The position numbers and the translations under genes are program-made. Source: Bacteroidales bacterium (GTDB lineage Bacteria; Bacteroidota; Bacteroidia; Bacteroidales; UBA4417). From it: DNA of 64,000 bases. Location: NCBI GenBank assembly GCA_038213495.1, contig JBBQSY010000005.1:1742-65741 (forward strand), read 5' to 3'. Positions 62,001 to 64,000 of this stretch are shown in pieces (within the stretch, counting starts at the first letter, position 1; the number at the start of each line of letters is the position of its first letter). The notes beneath the pieces were generated by a model. The model made no database searches, was not told the origin of the DNA, and saw only the letters and a list, made by a program, of their open reading frames with translations.

Positions 62001-62571
62001 ACCCTGGGATACCAGCGGTATTGAAGGCGTTTTTCGTTTTATCCGTAAATTCTGGCGCTTATTCCACGATGCAGAAATTAATTTTATCGTTTCGGATGAT
62101 GCTCCTGATGCTGCTGAATTAAAGATTTTGCACAAGACGATTAAAAAAATCCAGGATGATACCGAAAGGATTTCATTCAATACGGCTGTAAGCAGTTTTA
62201 TGATTTGTGTAAACGAGCTTACCGAAGTGAAATGCAACAAACGGGCCATCCTAAACGACCTGGTAATTCTGGTTTCGCCTTATGCACCTCACCTGGCAGA
62301 AGAACTCTGGCAATTGCTCGGAAACAAAGGAAATGTCTGCAATGCAACTTTCCCGGAATACAATCCTTCGTACACTGTTGACAGCACTTTTTCGTACCCG
62401 GTATCATTTAACGGAAAAACCCGGTTTATGCTCGAGTTACCAATGGATATGGTGGCTTCGGAAATTGAAAAGGCTGTTCTTGCTTCGCCAGAAGCACAGA
62501 AATGGCTGGGTGGACAGCCTCCAAAGAAAGTAATTATTGTTCCCAGGAAGATTGTGAACGTAGTGATTTAG
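59065..62571 (+). CDS. leuS: Leucine--tRNA ligase with a ~240-aa in-frame DUF559-containing insertion
   Basis: [14 protein letters not shown] (HIGH), [25 protein letters not shown] (CP1), [13 protein letters not shown]; 1168 aa; TACCTTTG promoter element at 58994-59001. Confidence 0.97.
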   Translation: MEYNFGEVEKKWQKQWAAEKVFKTEIVVGKPKYYVLDMFPYPSGAGLHVGHPLGYIASDIFSRYKRLKGFNVLHPMGYDAYGLPAEQYAIQTGTHPAITTEKNLARYREQLDKIGFSFDWDREVRTCDPDYYKWTQWTFIQLFNSWYNKNTEKAEAIAELISVFEANGNASIKAASSEIHVFTSADWKQMSEKQQQETLMSYRLAYLAETSVNWCPALGTVLANDEVAEGHSVRGGHPVERKKMKQWLLRITAYADRLLAGLNTIDWTESIKEIQRNWIGRSEGGSMRFGVIDHPLSPSVDDLGGVKPDEVEKEANDHPLSPSMGGGTYPTNISSENQDSASSHRAYMTTDPQTFNLFRDRSKEMRKAPTESEDILWQNLRDSEIGYRIRRQQVIDNYIVDFVCLPKKTIIEVDGPIHDFQKEADAQRSEYLELLGYEILRFKNEEILANPGKVARQIAEFLERKVLPSGEDLGGVFIPAEIEDYFEDLPEVPPTREDLGGVLAARKDLGGVITTKVENKANNHPLSPSVGGENISPEIEVFTTRPDTIFGATFMVLAPEHEMVSKITTPEYRDKIEAYLGWAKNRTERERMTEVKKVSGEFTGAYALNPFTGQPIPIWIADYVLMGYGTGAIMAVPAHDSRDFAFARHYKLPIVQVVNKPGHEATDPATWEESYDSKDGIMINSGFIDGLHVKEAISAVIRETEKRGIGTGKINFRLRDAIFSRQRYWGEPFPVFYKNGMPYTLPENQLPLLLPDVDAYLPTEYGEPPLARAKNWVTAEGYPLETNTMPGFAGSSGYYLRYMDPRNDKEYFSKETANYWQSVDLYIGGAEHATGHLLYSRFWNKFLFDLGYSVVEEPFKKLVNQGMIQGRSSFVYRVKGTNKFVSYNLRQQYDVQQLHVDVNIVENDILDTAKFREWRPDFADAEFILEDGKYHCGWEVEKMSKSMHNVVNPDILIERYGADTLRLYEMFLGPLEQAKPWDTSGIEGVFRFIRKFWRLFHDAEINFIVSDDAPDAAELKILHKTIKKIQDDTERISFNTAVSSFMICVNELTEVKCNKRAILNDLVILVSPYAPHLAEELWQLLGNKGNVCNATFPEYNPSYTVDSTFSYPVSFNGKTRFMLELPMDMVASEIEKAVLASPEAQKWLGGQPPKKVIIVPRKIVNVVI
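59941..60663 (+). mobile_element. Putative in-frame selfish element: DUF559 (Vsr-like) endonuclease domain bracketed by GC-rich palindromic repeats
   Basis: DUF559 core ~60103-60453 (MRK.PT.SE..LW..LR, RRQ..I..YIVDF, IIEVDG..H, D..R...L...GY.ILRF.N); repeat A ACCACCCCCTGTCCCCCTCC x3 (59942, 60014, 60632); repeat B GATTTAGGTGGGG x4 (59968, 60478, 60556, 60586). Confidence 0.8.
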
Positions 62572-62585
62572 CGTTGATAACTTTA

Positions 62586-62693
62586 AACCACAGAGGCACT
62601 GATTACACAGATTTTCACGGAGTAAATTTGAACTTTTTGATTTACATTGTCAGTTTGTCAATGTTTCTGATTGCCTTCCTTGCCTCCGTGGTT
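62586..62693. repeat. Second copy of the CAC(A/G)GAG-type MITE-like element
   Basis: Left arm ACCACAGAG-GCACTGAT-TACACAGAT-TTTCACGGAG (62587-62622), same 36-bp four-unit layout as 56549; right end TGCCTCCGTGGTT (62681-62693) is 12/13 complementary to AACCACAGAGGCA. Confidence 0.72.
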
Positions 62694-62733
62694 AAATGAA
62701 AAGGCGTGAAGATTCATTCAGGTCTTTATATTC

Positions 62734-63021
62734 TCAATTTTTGATTCTTAACCTGACAGGCTTTTCAGCGATTTTTTCGATAACACCACGAGCCATCAGG
62801 TCGAGCAGTACGGTTTCCATATACCAGGATGCGTTTCCTTCCAGTTTCCCACTGAGTTTTTCATTGGACAGTCGTGTCAGGTCTTTATGGCTGATTTCCG
62901 GATGATCATGGAAAATGCCAAGCAGGCAGTCGTGGGTTAAATCGTATTTTCGTTTCAGAATATTTTTCCCTGTTTTGCCTTTCTCTGGATGCAGAGTCAG
63001 GATTTTTTCTTCGTTGGGCAT
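62734..63021 (-). CDS. DUF6958-like small winged-helix protein
   Basis: KILTLHP.KGK.G.NI...KY, G...WY..TV.LDL.ARG.IE pattern. Confidence 0.7.
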   Translation of the reverse strand: MPNEEKILTLHPEKGKTGKNILKRKYDLTHDCLLGIFHDHPEISHKDLTRLSNEKLSGKLEGNASWYMETVLLDLMARGVIEKIAEKPVRLRIKN

Positions 63022-63213
63022 GGTTTTTAAATTTGAAGGCTATCCACAAATGTATCACGAATTGTCACAAATATTATCAGTAAAAATGAACGATGATTTG
63101 GAATTATCATCCTTTGAAACTCTGAAACACTGAAACTCTTCAACGCCGCAGGCATTTGAACTCTTCAAACTCATCAAACCCGGCCCTAACCACCGATCCC
63201 TAAATCCTAACCC

Positions 63214-63999
63214 CTACTTCAGGATTTCCCTCGAAATAATCATCTGCTGAATCTCCGAAGTGCCTTCGTAAATCTGTGTCAGTTTGGCTTCGCGCATCAG
63301 GCGCTCCACATGGTATTCTTTTACATATCCATATCCGCCGTGAATCTGTACTGCCTGGGTGGTAACTTCCATGGCAATTTCGGCAGCATAATATTTAGCC
63401 ATTGAGCTTGCAAATCCGTATGACTGACCCTGGTCTTTCAGCCAGGCAGCTTTCAGACAGAGATTGCGGGCATTTTCTATTTTTACCGCCATATCCGCCA
63501 GTTTGAAAGCAATTGACTGGTGGTTGGAAATATAAGTCCCGAATGCTTTGCGTTCCTTCGAATACTGCACGGCACGTTCGAAAGCTCCGCTGGCAATGCC
63601 GAGCGCCTGCGCTGCAATCCCGATACGGCCTCCTTCGAGAGTCATCCTCGCGAATTTGAACCCGAATCCATCCTCACCGATCCGGTTTTCCTTGGGAACC
63701 TTTACATCGTTAAACATCACCGAATGCGTATCGCTGCTTCGCATACCCATTTTATCTTCATGGGGTCCGATGCTGATCCCAGCAGCATTTCGGTCAACTA
63801 TCAGGCAGTTGATGCCTTTATGCATTTTTTCGGGATGAGTTTGAGCAATCAACAGGTAAGTTCCGGCAGTGTTGCCGTTGGTGATCCAGTTTTTGGTGCC
63901 GTTAACAAGGTAATAATCGCCCATATCTACAGCCGTAGTTCTCTGTGATGTAGCATCCGATCCTGCATCGGGTTCCGAAAGCAGGAAAGCGCCGATTTT
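63214..63999 (-). CDS. Acyl-CoA dehydrogenase, 3' part (5' end outside window)
   Basis: Frame open to the window edge (KIGAFLLSEPDAGSDA), NGTKNWITNG, KMGMRSS, GGRIGIAAQALG, QIHGGYGY, TQIYEGTSEIQ. Confidence 0.95.
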   Translation of the reverse strand, partial: KIGAFLLSEPDAGSDATSQRTTAVDMGDYYLVNGTKNWITNGNTAGTYLLIAQTHPEKMHKGINCLIVDRNAAGISIGPHEDKMGMRSSDTHSVMFNDVKVPKENRIGEDGFGFKFARMTLEGGRIGIAAQALGIASGAFERAVQYSKERKAFGTYISNHQSIAFKLADMAVKIENARNLCLKAAWLKDQGQSYGFASSMAKYYAAEIAMEVTTQAVQIHGGYGYVKEYHVERLMREAKLTQIYEGTSEIQQMIISREILK

Positions 64000-64000
64000 T

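Overview
Bacterial chromosomal DNA from a Bacteroidota (Bacteroidales-like) organism, judged from SusC/SusD pairs, T9SS C-terminal sorting domains, TAnnTTTG promoters and a bS22-like small gene. From left to right the window holds: a MacAB-like ABC exporter operon; a ~16 kb GntR-associated alpha-mannoside PUL (SusC/D, GH92, mannose-6-P isomerase, MFS, two DUF5005-like propellers, esterase); an AT-rich accessory stretch (SRAP, T9SS cargo, two paralogous 'FSYLKFDV' repeat genes, one a pseudogene) ending at tRNA-Phe with att-like signatures; HU/bS22/RNase E-G; a LacI-associated starch/maltose PUL with TreS, a HAD-GH65 fusion and an orphan P-loop kinase; ftsX-DUF3098-uppP-truB; leuS; DUF6958; and an acyl-CoA dehydrogenase. 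The standout feature is in leuS: a ~240-codon in-frame insertion at the start of the CP1 editing domain. It carries an apparently intact DUF559 (Vsr-like) endonuclease domain with foreign codon usage, two families of GC-rich hairpin repeats, a 76-bp direct repeat and an apparent 'empty' scar copy. It looks like a non-intein, REP-like, nuclease-carrying selfish element translated inside an essential gene. Several other short palindromic or periodic intergenic repeat families cluster around it. All family assignments are from motif recognition only; no searches were run.
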